Origin: Candidatus Methylomirabilia bacterium
GTDB lineage: Bacteria; Methylomirabilota; Methylomirabilia; Rokubacteriales; CSP1-6
DNA length: 29,500 nt
NCBI GenBank assembly: GCA_041492755.1
Contig: JBGPXN010000047.1
Location: forward strand, 1-29,500
Direction: 5' to 3'
A program made the translations under genes and the position numbers. Shown piece after piece: positions 17,109 through 27,769 of this stretch. Under the pieces are notes generated by a model. That model worked only from the letters and a program-made list of their open reading frames with translations, did not search any database and had not been told where the DNA came from. The first letter of the stretch is position 1. Each line of letters begins with the position of its first letter.

Positions 17109-17147
17109 TCTCGGAGACGGGCCGGGCGCGCGCGGAGTATAGGGAGG

Positions 17148-17351
17148 GTGCGCGCTGCTCGGTTCCTTCTCGCCGAAATCGCCTCCGACTCGCTGCGGCA
17201 ACGGCGCCGCGTCCACGGACTCAAGGCCGAGCGCGCGGATATCGTCCTGCCCGGCGTGATCGTCGTCGAAAACGTGATGCTGCTCGGTGGGTATCAGACG
17301 CTCAGGGTCTGCATCCGCGGCGCGCGCGACGGACTGCTCCTGCGCGAGATG
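17148..17351 (+). pseudogene. C-terminal remnant of a Ppx/GppA exopolyphosphatase
   Basis: RRRVHGLKAERADIVLPGVIVVENVM...TLRVCIRGARDGLL matches the Ppx/GppA C-terminal pattern (RAD..V.G...GLREG). The catalytic N-terminal part is absent. Confidence 0.7.
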
Positions 17352-17455
17352 GAGCGCTCCCGGAAAGGAGGGGCGATTTACCTCGGCCTCTCGCCGGGCT
17401 TCCCGCGGCCCCGCTCACCGGCCCGGTTGGCCACATGGGATACTGTTCTCTCTGC

Positions 17456-18253
17456 ATGCCGATGACGAGGAACTGGACGATCAGGTCGAGGGCGGGCCGG
17501 CCCATCGTTGGCGGGCTTCTGGTTCTCACGATCCTGGCGGGTGGCGCTCACGGCCAGGCGCAGTCGCGACTGACGGTCTTCGCGGCCGCCGATCTGGCCT
17601 TCGCGTTCAAGGGGATCGTTCCTCTGTTCGAGCGGGCGACCGGCGCGAGCGTGATCTTGTCGATCGGGTCGACCGGCGTGTTTGCGCAGCAAATCGCCGC
17701 CGGTGCCCCGGCGGACGTCTTCTTCGCCGCCAACGCTTCCTTCGTCGACGACCTCATCGCGCGAGGCGTCGTCATCCCGGCCACGCGCTCCTTGTACGCG
17801 CAGGGCCGCATCGTTCTGGCCACCCGCCGCGATGCCCCGTTTCGGCCGACTGAGCTGCGCCAGTTGACCGACCCGCGCGTCAAGCGCATCGCGATTGCCA
17901 ACCCGCAACATGCCCCGTACGGCAAGGCGGCGGAACAGGCGCTCCAGGCCAGTGGTCTGTGGGACACGCTCAAGGCGAAGCTCGTCTACGGCGACAACAT
18001 CCGCCATGCCCTGCAGTTTCTCCAGACGGGCGCGGCGGAGGCGGGGGTCGTCGCGCTGTCCGTGGCCAACGCGCCGGAGATATCGTGGACCCTGGTCGAC
18101 GCGAGGCTGCATGAGCCGCTCAATCAGGTCGCCGTCGTCGTGCGCCGCAGCCAGCATCCGGAGCTGGGCGGCGCGTTCATTCGGTTCGTCGTCGGCCCGC
18201 AGGGACGGCCCATCATGAAGCGGTACGGCTTCCTGCTTCCCGGGGATTTCTAG
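17456..18253 (+). CDS. modA: Molybdate ABC transporter binding protein (start uncertain: 17435, 17456 or 17462)
   Basis: LTVFAAADL, GSTG, GAPADVFFAAN, IAIANPQHAPYGKAA and GDNI, plus a signal peptide. Confidence 0.9.
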   Translation: MPMTRNWTIRSRAGRPIVGGLLVLTILAGGAHGQAQSRLTVFAAADLAFAFKGIVPLFERATGASVILSIGSTGVFAQQIAAGAPADVFFAANASFVDDLIARGVVIPATRSLYAQGRIVLATRRDAPFRPTELRQLTDPRVKRIAIANPQHAPYGKAAEQALQASGLWDTLKAKLVYGDNIRHALQFLQTGAAEAGVVALSVANAPEISWTLVDARLHEPLNQVAVVVRRSQHPELGGAFIRFVVGPQGRPIMKRYGFLLPGDF

Positions 18254-18258
18254 TCGCC

Positions 18259-18909
18259 GTGGAATGGTTCCCACTCTGGCTCTCCGTGCGCGTCGCTCTC
18301 CTCGCGACAGGCCTCACGATGACCGTCGGGATCCCGGTAGCCTGGTGGCTCGCCCGACGGCGCTCGACGGTGCGGCAGATCGTGGCCGTCATCGTGATGA
18401 CGCCGCTGGTGCTGCCGCCGACCGTCCTGGGCTACTACCTTCTCGTCCTCATCAGCCGATACGGGCCGGTGGGACGAGTCCTGGAATCACTCGGCATCGA
18501 GCTGGCGTTCACGTGGCGCGCCGCCGTGCTCGCCGGCGCAATCGGGTCCTTCCCGCTCCTCGTCCGCGCCGCCCAGGCGGGATTCGAGTCGGTCGATCGT
18601 CAGCTCGAGGACGCAGCCCGTACGCTCGGCCGCTACGAATGGAGCGTGTTCTGGAGCGTCAGCCTACCGCTCGCGTGGCGCGCGGTCGCCGCCGGAAGCG
18701 CCCTGGCCTTCTGCCGGGCGTTCGGCGACTTCGGCATCACGCTGATGGTTGCGGGGAACATTCCAGGACGCACGCAGACGCTGCCGCTCGCGATCTACGA
18801 TCACGTGCAGTCCAATGCGATGCGGGAAGCCAATGTGCTCGCGCTCGTGTCGATCGGCGTCGCGCTGACCATCTTGCTCGGTGCCGCCCGCTTCGTGCGC
18901 TTTCGTTAG
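18259..18909 (+). CDS. modB: Molybdate ABC transporter permease
   Basis: PLVLPPTVLGYYLL, LEDAARTLG and FGDFGITLMVAGNIPGRTQTLPLAIYD. Confidence 0.93.
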   Translation: MEWFPLWLSVRVALLATGLTMTVGIPVAWWLARRRSTVRQIVAVIVMTPLVLPPTVLGYYLLVLISRYGPVGRVLESLGIELAFTWRAAVLAGAIGSFPLLVRAAQAGFESVDRQLEDAARTLGRYEWSVFWSVSLPLAWRAVAAGSALAFCRAFGDFGITLMVAGNIPGRTQTLPLAIYDHVQSNAMREANVLALVSIGVALTILLGAARFVRFR

Positions 18910-19547
18910 CGGGCAGCGTGTCCTCGCCCGGCGCCAGGACCGGCTCCTCGCAGCGCCGGCGCGGCGACGCCAGCCTGCTGCTCGTCTTCACGCCGCCACC
19001 GCGCGGAGGCCGGCAGGACGGCGAGCGTGCCGTCACCCGCGGCCAGCCATGCGCCGATCGCTCCTGGCTCCGTGCCGTTCAGGACGTCGTCGAATTCCTC
19101 GGCCGCGAGGCCGGCCACCCCGAGTCGCCTCGGTGCCGCATTCGGCACGTCGACCACCAGCGTCACCGGCGCCGAATGGCCAGCCGCGGCCAGCAGGTCA
19201 GGCGCGTAGGCGACGACAACGCTCGGGCGGACGGACGTCGCGCGCCTCGCCCGAAACACCTGCCCGCCCGACGTGGAACCCGTGACGAGAACGAAGTCCG
19301 CCTCCTCCAGGGGCGCCGATCGCGCACCGCTGTTGAAGCGGAGATACGCGGCGACGGTCTCCGCGCCCTCGAGGACGTGCGCGACCCCCGCACGGGCGCC
19401 CGCACGCTCGCCTTCTTCCTCGTCGAGCCCGGACGCCCCGGCGCCCTCCGCGCCTGACCGACCGTGGCGTCATCGCATCGTCACGTCGAGGGCGACGGTA
19501 CGCCCGTCCGCGCCCGCCTCGCGCCGATCCCGCTCGCGGTGTCGTCC

Positions 19548-19655
19548 GGTCGCCGTCTCTTCCTGATTGTCGTGAGCCAACGGCCCGAGAAACTCGACCC
19601 GCTGATCATCGGAGAGTGTGAAAATCGTGCGCTTCTGAGGGTCGGCTCCTCGAGT
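19548..19655 (+). pseudogene. Fragment of a HerA/FtsK-like ATPase
   Basis: LFLIVVSQRPEKLDPLIIGECENRALLR resembles the HerA C-terminal motif (GRKxG...SQRP..L...C.N....R). About 36 codons, with no Walker motifs. Confidence 0.55.
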
Positions 19656-19835
19656 GCTGGCCGTCGAGGGCACGATCGAGGCCGCGCGGGAACTTGGGGG
19701 CGAACGTCGCCGACGTGGCCCGAAGCGCCGCGCAAGGCGCGCTGGAGGCCGCGGACCGCATCAGCATTGCCGCTGGCCGCTCCGTCCGCCGCACGCTCGC
19801 CGGGACGGTCGCTGGCGTGCGGGCACTTGGTGGAC
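19654..19835 (+). pseudogene. Frameshifted fragment of an Ala/Gly-rich helical-repeat protein
   Basis: VLAVEGTIEAARELG continues as ANVADVARSAAQGALEAADRI in another frame across the G-run at 19696-19700. Confidence 0.45.
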
Positions 19836-19960
19836 AGCCAGCCGGCGCCGCGCCGGTCACCGCGGAGCGCGGCTGGCGCCGCCACACGCCGGCCCCGGCG
19901 CGGGACGCGCCGCCGTCGTGCCGGTACGACCGCCGCCTGACCGGGCGTGACTCTGAGTAC

Positions 19961-20035
19961 ATGGGGGGCCCCAAAATGACCCCCCAACCCCCCCAACGCT
20001 CGGAAACGCCCCGGGAAACCCGGGGCGCTCCTCGA
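19961..20035. repeat. Dispersed copy of the double-hairpin repeat family
   Basis: TGGGGGGCC...GACCCCCCA followed by CGCTCGG and CGCCCCGGG-AAA-CCCGGGGCGCTCCTCGA, colinear with positions 1-62. Confidence 0.9.
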
Positions 20036-20101
20036 ATTCCTCACACCCTCTGAGCCGTCCGCAACGGTCTGCGGTATGTTCGTACCGGGATTGTCGTGGG
20101 G

Positions 20102-21493
20102 ATGACGTACGAGTTCGACCTGCTCAGCATCGGCAGCGGCCCGGCCGGCCAGCGCGCGGCCGTGCAGGCGGCCAAGCTGGGCAAGCGCGCCGCCGTCGTG
20201 GAGAAGCAGGCATGTCTGGGCGGTGCCTGCACCGACACAGGGACCATCCCCAGCAAGACGCTTCGCGAAGCCGTCCTCGCGTTCACCGGGGGCGCCGCGT
20301 TCGGCGAGCGCCGGCGCAGCGGATCCGACGTTCGTCCCACCGCCCAGCAGCTGCTGGCGCGCATCGAACAGGTGGTCGCGCGCGAAGTCGACGTCGTCGA
20401 CCGTCAGCTCGCGCGCAACGACGTCGCCGTGCTGCGTGGTGAGGCGTCCTTCGTCGACCCGCACACCCTGGTCCTCCGCTCCGGAGGCGAGTGGCGGCAG
20501 GTGACGGCCGCCACCATCGTGATCGCAACCGGGACGACGCCGGCGCCGGCGCCCGGTGTCCCGGCCGACGGCGACGTGGTCATGACCACCGACGACGTCC
20601 TGCGCCTCCGCCGCGTGCCCCATACGATGGTGGTCGTGGGCGCGGGCGTCATCGGCATCGAGTACGCGTCGATGTTCGCCGCGCTCGACGTCGAGGTCAC
20701 GCTGGTCGAGCGCCGGCAGCGCCCGCTGGAGTTCCTCGACCGCGAGATCGTCGACGAGCTCATGCACCAGATGCGCGACCGCAACGTCACGTTCCGGCTC
20801 GGGGAGACCGTCGCCTCGATCGAGATCGTCGAGGGCCCGCCGCGGCGGGCGGCGGTTCGGCTGGAATCCGGCAAGCGGATCGTCGCCGACACGGTCCTGT
20901 TCTCGGTGGGGCGGATCGCGGCCACCGCCGCGCTTCAGCTCCCCGCGGCCGGGCTGAGCACCGACGACCGCGGCCGGCTCGCCGTCGACGCGACGTTCCG
21001 GACGGCCGTGCCCCACATCTACGCCGCCGGCGACGTCATCGGCTATCCGAGCCTCGCCGCGACGTCGTCCGAGCAGGGCCGGCTCGCCGCCTGTCACGCG
21101 CTCGGTGTCGCCGCCGGGCCGCTGCCCCCGCACTTCCCGGTGGGCATCTACGCGATCCCGGAGATCTCCATGGTCGGAGCGCCGGAGGACGAGCTGACGG
21201 CGGCGAAGATCCCGTACGAGATCGGCATCGCGCGCTACCGCGAGATCGCGCGCGGCCAGATCCTCGGCGACGACAGCGGCCTGCTCAAGCTCTGCTTCCG
21301 CCGCGACGACGGCCGCCTGCTCGGCGTGCACATCATCGGCACCGGCGCCACCGAGCTGGTCCACATCGGGCAGGCCGTCCTCGGGCTCGGGGGCGGGCTC
21401 GACTACTTCCTCACGACGGTCTTCAACTACCCGACGCTCGCCGAGTGCTACAAGGTCGCGGCGCTGGACGCCTCGAACAAGCTGCGGATGTGA
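20102..21493 (+). CDS. sthA: Soluble pyridine nucleotide transhydrogenase
   Basis: IGSGPAG, GGACTDTGTIPSK with a single Cys (unlike LpdA CxxxxC), GAGVIGIEY, GIYAIPEIS and TVFNYPTLAECYKVAALD. Confidence 0.92.
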   Translation: MTYEFDLLSIGSGPAGQRAAVQAAKLGKRAAVVEKQACLGGACTDTGTIPSKTLREAVLAFTGGAAFGERRRSGSDVRPTAQQLLARIEQVVAREVDVVDRQLARNDVAVLRGEASFVDPHTLVLRSGGEWRQVTAATIVIATGTTPAPAPGVPADGDVVMTTDDVLRLRRVPHTMVVVGAGVIGIEYASMFAALDVEVTLVERRQRPLEFLDREIVDELMHQMRDRNVTFRLGETVASIEIVEGPPRRAAVRLESGKRIVADTVLFSVGRIAATAALQLPAAGLSTDDRGRLAVDATFRTAVPHIYAAGDVIGYPSLAATSSEQGRLAACHALGVAAGPLPPHFPVGIYAIPEISMVGAPEDELTAAKIPYEIGIARYREIARGQILGDDSGLLKLCFRRDDGRLLGVHIIGTGATELVHIGQAVLGLGGGLDYFLTTVFNYPTLAECYKVAALDASNKLRM

Positions 21494-21497
21494 CGCG

Positions 21498-23306
21498 TCA
21501 TGCCGCCGCGAGCGTGAACCGCACCACCGTGCCCTTGCCCGGCTCGCTCTCGATCGCCAGGACCCCGCCATGACCGATGACGAGGTGCCTGACGATGGCC
21601 AGCCCGAGGCCGGTCCCGCCCAGCTCGCGAGAGCGTGCGCGGTCCACGCGATAGAACCGTTCGGTGATCCGGGGAAGATCGGCGGCGGGGATGCCGATGC
21701 CGGTGTCCTCCACCGCGATCTCGACCCGCCCCGCCTGGGCCGGCCGCGCGGACACGCGCACGCGCCCGCCGGCCGGCGTGTACTTCACCGCGTTGTCCAC
21801 GAGGTTGATCAGGATCTGGGCGAGCCGGTCGTGATCGGCGAGGGCGACGTCCGCACCCGCCTCGAGGCCGGCTGACAGCGCAACCGAGCCCGCGTCCGCC
21901 CGCGGACGACTGATGGCGAGCACCGACTCGACCACCTCGGCCAGGCGGATCGGGGCCAGACGAAGCGCGACCTTGCCCAGCTCGATGTTGGAGAGGTCGG
22001 TCAGGTCGTTCAGCAGTCGGCCCAGCCGCTCGGTGTGGCGGAACACGATCTCGAGGAACCGGCGCGCGTGCTCGCGCTCCTCGAGGGCGCCGCCCAGCAG
22101 CGTCTCCAGGTAACCATGGATGGCGGTGAGCGGCGTTCGCAGCTCGTGGGAGACGTTGGCCACGAATTCGGTGCGCACGCGCTCCAGCCGGCGCAGCTCG
22201 GTGACGTCGTGGACGACCATGACGGCGCCGACCTCGTCGGGACCGAGGCGCAGCGGCACGGCATTGACTTGCAGCACGCGCTCCACCGCCCCCGGCAGCG
22301 ACAGCTCGCCCCGGGACACCACGCCCTCGCCGGCGGCGCGGCTGTCGCGGAGGAGATGGTGGAGGTCGGCGTTGCGGATGACTTCGAGGATCGGCTTGCG
22401 CTCGCCACGCGCGGCGCCCAGATCGAACATGACCCGCGCGCGCTCGTTCATCAGCGCGATGTGGTCGTGGCCGTCGACGGCGATCACGCCTTCCACCATG
22501 CCGTCGAGGATGGCGGAGACCTTCGCCTGCTCGTGATGGAGATCGTCGAGCCGCGTCCGCATGCGCTGCGAGAGCGCGTTGAGGGCGCGGCCGAGCGCGC
22601 CGATCTCGTCCGGCGACCGGACGGGCGCGCGGACCAGGAAATTGCCATCGGCCATGGCCCGCGCGACCTCCTGCATGACCACCGCCGGCCGCGTGATCCG
22701 ACCCGCCACGAAGAGCGCGATCCCGAGCGCCACCGCGAGCGCGAGGATGCCCCCGACCAGCAGCACGCCGTGGATCTCCCCGTGCGAGGTGATGACGGCG
22801 GCCAGCGGTAACGCCAACCGCAGCACGCCGAGCGGGCGGCCGCCATCCAGCACCGGCAGGGCCACGTAGAGCAGCGGCGTGTTGGTCGTGGCGCTCGGGC
22901 GCAGGTCACGCCCACGACCGGCGGCCAGCGCGGCCTGGACCTCGGGCCTGCCTGCGTGGTTCTCCACGCGCGGCAGCTCGGCCGGCGGCACGTCGGAGTC
23001 CGCGAGCACGCGGCCGTCGGGCGCGATCAGCATGACCCGCAGGTCGTTGGGGCGCGCCGCCCGACGAACGAAGGCGGAGAGCGGAAGGGGACCCGCCCCA
23101 CTGGCGAGGAGGTCCCGCGTCTCATCGTGCAGCAACCGCCCGGCCGTCAGCAGCCGCATCTCGAGCGCATCCACCGCCAGCGCGTCCAGCGCCCGCGTGA
23201 GATACAGGCCGGCGACGAGCACGGTGAGCGCGACGAACCCGACGAGCGTGAGCGCGAGCTTGACCGCGATGCGTCGCCGGAGGGCGAGGAGGAGATGCGC
23301 GAGCAC
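21498..23306 (-). CDS. phoR: Phosphate regulon sensor kinase (TM-HAMP-PAS-HisKA-HATPase)
   Basis: FVANVSHELRTPLT, NLVDNAVKY and ERFYRVDRARSRELGGTGLGL; follows phoB in a phosphate gene context. Confidence 0.88.
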   Translation of the reverse strand: MLAHLLLALRRRIAVKLALTLVGFVALTVLVAGLYLTRALDALAVDALEMRLLTAGRLLHDETRDLLASGAGPLPLSAFVRRAARPNDLRVMLIAPDGRVLADSDVPPAELPRVENHAGRPEVQAALAAGRGRDLRPSATTNTPLLYVALPVLDGGRPLGVLRLALPLAAVITSHGEIHGVLLVGGILALAVALGIALFVAGRITRPAVVMQEVARAMADGNFLVRAPVRSPDEIGALGRALNALSQRMRTRLDDLHHEQAKVSAILDGMVEGVIAVDGHDHIALMNERARVMFDLGAARGERKPILEVIRNADLHHLLRDSRAAGEGVVSRGELSLPGAVERVLQVNAVPLRLGPDEVGAVMVVHDVTELRRLERVRTEFVANVSHELRTPLTAIHGYLETLLGGALEEREHARRFLEIVFRHTERLGRLLNDLTDLSNIELGKVALRLAPIRLAEVVESVLAISRPRADAGSVALSAGLEAGADVALADHDRLAQILINLVDNAVKYTPAGGRVRVSARPAQAGRVEIAVEDTGIGIPAADLPRITERFYRVDRARSRELGGTGLGLAIVRHLVIGHGGVLAIESEPGKGTVVRFTLAAA

Positions 23307-23309
23307 GGC

Positions 23310-24002
23310 TCAGTCGGGGTCCAGACGGTAGCCGACGCCCTTGACGGTGGCGATGCGCCGACCCTCGGGGCCGAGCTTCGCCCGCAAGCGCCGGATGTGG
23401 ACGTCGACCGTGCGTGATTCGATCTCGTCCGCGCGCGCGTAGCCCCAGACCCGGCCGAGCAGGTGCTCCCGGGACAGCACGCGCCCGGCCGATTCCAGCA
23501 GGCTCTCCAGCAAGTCGAACTCCTTCGGCGTGAGGAGCAACGGCGCACCGGCGACGGTCGCGACGTGACGGCCGGGATCCAGGGTGAGCGTGCCGGCGGC
23601 GAGTACCGGCAGCGCGGCCGCCGCGGGGCGCGCCCGACGGAGCACCGCGCGCACCCGCGCCACCAGTTCCTTGGGCGAGAACGGCTTGGTGACGTAGTCG
23701 TCGGCGCCCATCTCGAGCCCGACGATCCGATCGACCTCGTCCGCCTTCGCGGTGAGCATGATGATGGGGATTCCCGTCATCGCGGCGTCCGCGCGCAACC
23801 GCCGGCAGACCTCCAGCCCGTTGAGCCCCGGCAGCATCAGGTCGAGCACGATCAGATCGGGCCGGGACGCGCGCGCGTCGGCGATGGCCTCCTCGCCGGT
23901 CGTCGCCGTCCGGCACCGAAACCCCTCGCGGGCGAGGTGGAACACGACGAGGTTGCGGATGTCCGACTCGTCTTCGACGACCAGGACGGCCGGACCGGCC
24001 AC
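23310..24002 (-). CDS. phoB: Phosphate regulon response regulator
   Basis: Receiver motifs (VED, LDLMLP, GADDYVTKPF) plus an OmpR winged helix (SRTVDVHIRRLR, GVGYR). Confidence 0.88.
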   Translation of the reverse strand: MAGPAVLVVEDESDIRNLVVFHLAREGFRCRTATTGEEAIADARASRPDLIVLDLMLPGLNGLEVCRRLRADAAMTGIPIIMLTAKADEVDRIVGLEMGADDYVTKPFSPKELVARVRAVLRRARPAAAALPVLAAGTLTLDPGRHVATVAGAPLLLTPKEFDLLESLLESAGRVLSREHLLGRVWGYARADEIESRTVDVHIRRLRAKLGPEGRRIATVKGVGYRLDPD

Positions 24003-24024
24003 GCGCGAGTCGGCCCGTCGGCGC

Positions 24025-25017
24025 TCACGCGCCGAGCACGCGGAGGACCACCCAGGAGGCCGCCGCGATCAGCGCCGAGGCGGGAATGGTGAGGATCCAC
24101 GCCCACAGGATGCGCCCGGCCACGCCCCAACGCACCGCCGAGAACCGCTGGAGCGAGCCCACCCCCATGATGGAGCCGGTGATGGTCTGGGTCGTGCTGA
24201 CCGGAATGCCACCCAGCGCGGTCCCGATCAGCGTCATCGCGCCCGCCGTCTCCGCGCAGAATCCGCCCACCGGCCGCAGCTTGGTGATCCGCATCCCCAT
24301 CGTCTTCACGATGCGCCAGCCGCCGGTGAGCGTGCCGAGGCTGATGGCGGCGTGGGCGGCGAGGATGACCCACATCGGGACGTAGAAGTCCTTCCCGAGG
24401 TGGCCGGTGGTGAACAGCAGCATGGCGATGATGCCCATCGTCTTCTGGGCGTCGTTCGTCCCGTGGCCGAGGCTGTAGGCGGCGGCGGAGACGAGCTGCA
24501 GCCGGCGGAAGAGCCAGTCCACGCGCCCCGGCGTGGCCCGCCTGAAGGTCCACGCCGTGGCCAGCATGAGGGCAAAGCCGACCGCCAGCCCGATCACGGG
24601 GGCCAGGATCATGAAGATGCCGATCTTCACGAGGCCGCTCGGAACGAGCGACCCGAAGCCCGCCTTCACCACCGCCGCGCCCGCGAGGCCCCCGATGAGC
24701 GCGTGCGATGAGCTGGTGGGCAGGCCGACGTACCAGGTGATCAGGTCCCAGGCGATGGCGCCGACGAGGCCGGCGAGGATCACCCACTGATCGACCACGG
24801 TGGACTGCACGACGCCCCTCCCGACGGTCTGCGCCACCGACACGCCGAAGCCGAAGGCGGCCACGAAGTTGAAGAAGGCCGCCCACGCCACCGCCTGCAG
24901 GGGCGTGAGGACCCGGGTGGAGACGACGGTGGCGATTGAATTCGCGGCGTCGTGGAAGCCGTTGATGAAGTCGAAGACGAGCGCGACGAGAACGATGAAG
25001 ACGACGGCGGAGAGCAC
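24025..25017 (-). CDS. pit: Inorganic phosphate transporter, PiT family
   Basis: NGFHDAANSIATVV, PTSSSH, HGTNDAQK and PVSTT signature motifs. Confidence 0.93.
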   Translation of the reverse strand: MLSAVVFIVLVALVFDFINGFHDAANSIATVVSTRVLTPLQAVAWAAFFNFVAAFGFGVSVAQTVGRGVVQSTVVDQWVILAGLVGAIAWDLITWYVGLPTSSSHALIGGLAGAAVVKAGFGSLVPSGLVKIGIFMILAPVIGLAVGFALMLATAWTFRRATPGRVDWLFRRLQLVSAAAYSLGHGTNDAQKTMGIIAMLLFTTGHLGKDFYVPMWVILAAHAAISLGTLTGGWRIVKTMGMRITKLRPVGGFCAETAGAMTLIGTALGGIPVSTTQTITGSIMGVGSLQRFSAVRWGVAGRILWAWILTIPASALIAAASWVVLRVLGA

Positions 25018-25032
25018 GGCAGTCCTGGACGA

Positions 25033-25650
25033 TCAGGCCATCTTGAGGATGATCCCCTCGATCACGTTCGCGACGTCCTCACAGCGGTCGGTGACGATCT
25101 CCATCGTCTCGTAGATCTCCTTCCACTTGATGACCTCGATGGGATCGCCCTCTTCCTCGAAGAGCGCGGCCAGGCTGTCGCGCAGCAGGTTGTCCGCGCT
25201 GTTCTCGAGCCGGTTGACCTCGACGGCATGCTCGTGGAACCCGGGATCCATGGTGCGCAGACAGCGGATGGCCCGGTCCATGGACTGCACGGTGGCCACG
25301 ATGACGTCGCTCATGGCGCGGCACGCCGACGTCGGCTCCTTGATGCGGTACACGACCAGCCGCTCGGCGGCCGCGTCGATGTAGTCGAGCACGTCGTCGA
25401 GGCGGGTGGCGAGGGCGTGAATGTCCTCGCGATCGAGGGGCGTGATGAACGTCGTGTTGAGACGACGGACGATCTCGTGCGTGACCTGGTCACCCGCGTG
25501 CTCGACTTCCCTGATCGCGTGCATCTTGGCCCGGGCGTCCGCGAAGTTGTGGACGAGGTCGTGCAGGAGCCCCGCGGCATGGATGATGTGCTGGGACTGC
25601 TGCTCGAAATGGTCGAAGAAGCGGACTTCCTTCGGGATCAGGTTCCACAT
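25033..25650 (-). CDS. DUF47 Pit-accessory phosphate transport regulator
   Basis: EHAGD, TTFITPLDREDI, LDDVLD and IKWKEIYE..E...DRCEDVAN; directly upstream of pit. Confidence 0.9.
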   Translation of the reverse strand: MWNLIPKEVRFFDHFEQQSQHIIHAAGLLHDLVHNFADARAKMHAIREVEHAGDQVTHEIVRRLNTTFITPLDREDIHALATRLDDVLDYIDAAAERLVVYRIKEPTSACRAMSDVIVATVQSMDRAIRCLRTMDPGFHEHAVEVNRLENSADNLLRDSLAALFEEEGDPIEVIKWKEIYETMEIVTDRCEDVANVIEGIILKMA

Positions 25651-25720
25651 GAACCGGCGACCCCGAGTCTAACGGAATCGCCACGGCTCCGCCAGACATC
25701 GCCCGACCTCGGCCCCGCGA

Positions 25721-26179
25721 TCAGCGATCCGTCCGGTGGGCGGACCGGAGCGGAACGAACCCGGCGTGTGTCCGTTCCCACGGCACGCCAAGCCGCCCCA
25801 GCAGCTGCTCCATGATGCCGTCGTCGGGCACGAGGAGCGCGTCGCCGTCCACGCTGAGCGCGAAGTGCCGACTGCCGACCTCGTACGCGACGTGCAGCGC
25901 TTCCTCCCGCGACCGCGGGCGTATGGCCAGCACCGGCTCCGGCGCCGCCTCCACCACCACGTACCAGTCGCGCGCGACGTAGAGGACGTCGCCGGGCGCG
26001 AGGACGATCCCCGCCGGCAGCGCCAGCGCCAGCTCCCGCCCACTCCGCGTCTGCACGCGCCGCCGCCCGCCGCGGCGCTCCTCGGCCGTCAGCGGCAAGG
26101 TGTCGCGCTCGCGACGCGCCAGCTGCTCGTCGGCAACGCGCGAGGGCGGGGTCGTGATGACCGCGATGGGAGACGTCAC
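25721..26179 (-). CDS. ureE: Urease accessory nickel chaperone UreE-like
   Basis: GTG at 26179 in the frame of ORF 25721..27574. Motifs RRRVQTRSGRELALALPAG..L..GDVL, VEAAPEPVLAI and AYEVGSRH (cf. GNRH). Confidence 0.78.
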   Translation of the reverse strand: MTSPIAVITTPPSRVADEQLARRERDTLPLTAEERRGGRRRVQTRSGRELALALPAGIVLAPGDVLYVARDWYVVVEAAPEPVLAIRPRSREEALHVAYEVGSRHFALSVDGDALLVPDDGIMEQLLGRLGVPWERTHAGFVPLRSAHRTDR

Positions 26180-26232
26180 GTCACGCGTCTGCGGCAGACC
26201 CCGTCGCTTACACGGTTTCCACCACCACCAAA

Positions 26233-27657
<1,425 letters not shown>

Positions 27658-27740
27658 GGCAACTCCTTCTCCTCTACGTGGTTGAGGTCTCCGTGATCGA
27701 TGCCGGGAACCGCCGGCGCCGGGGCGCCGACGGCCCGACT

Positions 27741-27769
27741 ACCTTAGGGAACGCGGCTGCCGAAATCAA
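27741..27769 (-). promoter_or_regulatory. Putative internal sigma70 promoter for glnA
   Basis: TTGATT (27769-27764)-N17-TAAGGT (27746-27741). Confidence 0.55.

Noticed and set aside
19480..19545. VEGDGTPVRARLAPIPLAV as a diacylglycerol-kinase-like fragment
   Set aside because: The resemblance is too short and weak to support without a search.
20102..21493. Dihydrolipoamide dehydrogenase or mercuric reductase
   Set aside because: It lacks the CxxxxC redox disulfide and the HPT motif, and has the SthA-type GTIPSK and NYPT.
27660..27740. Glutamine (glnA) riboswitch
   Set aside because: No recognisable match to the known motif by eye. An Infernal search would be needed.
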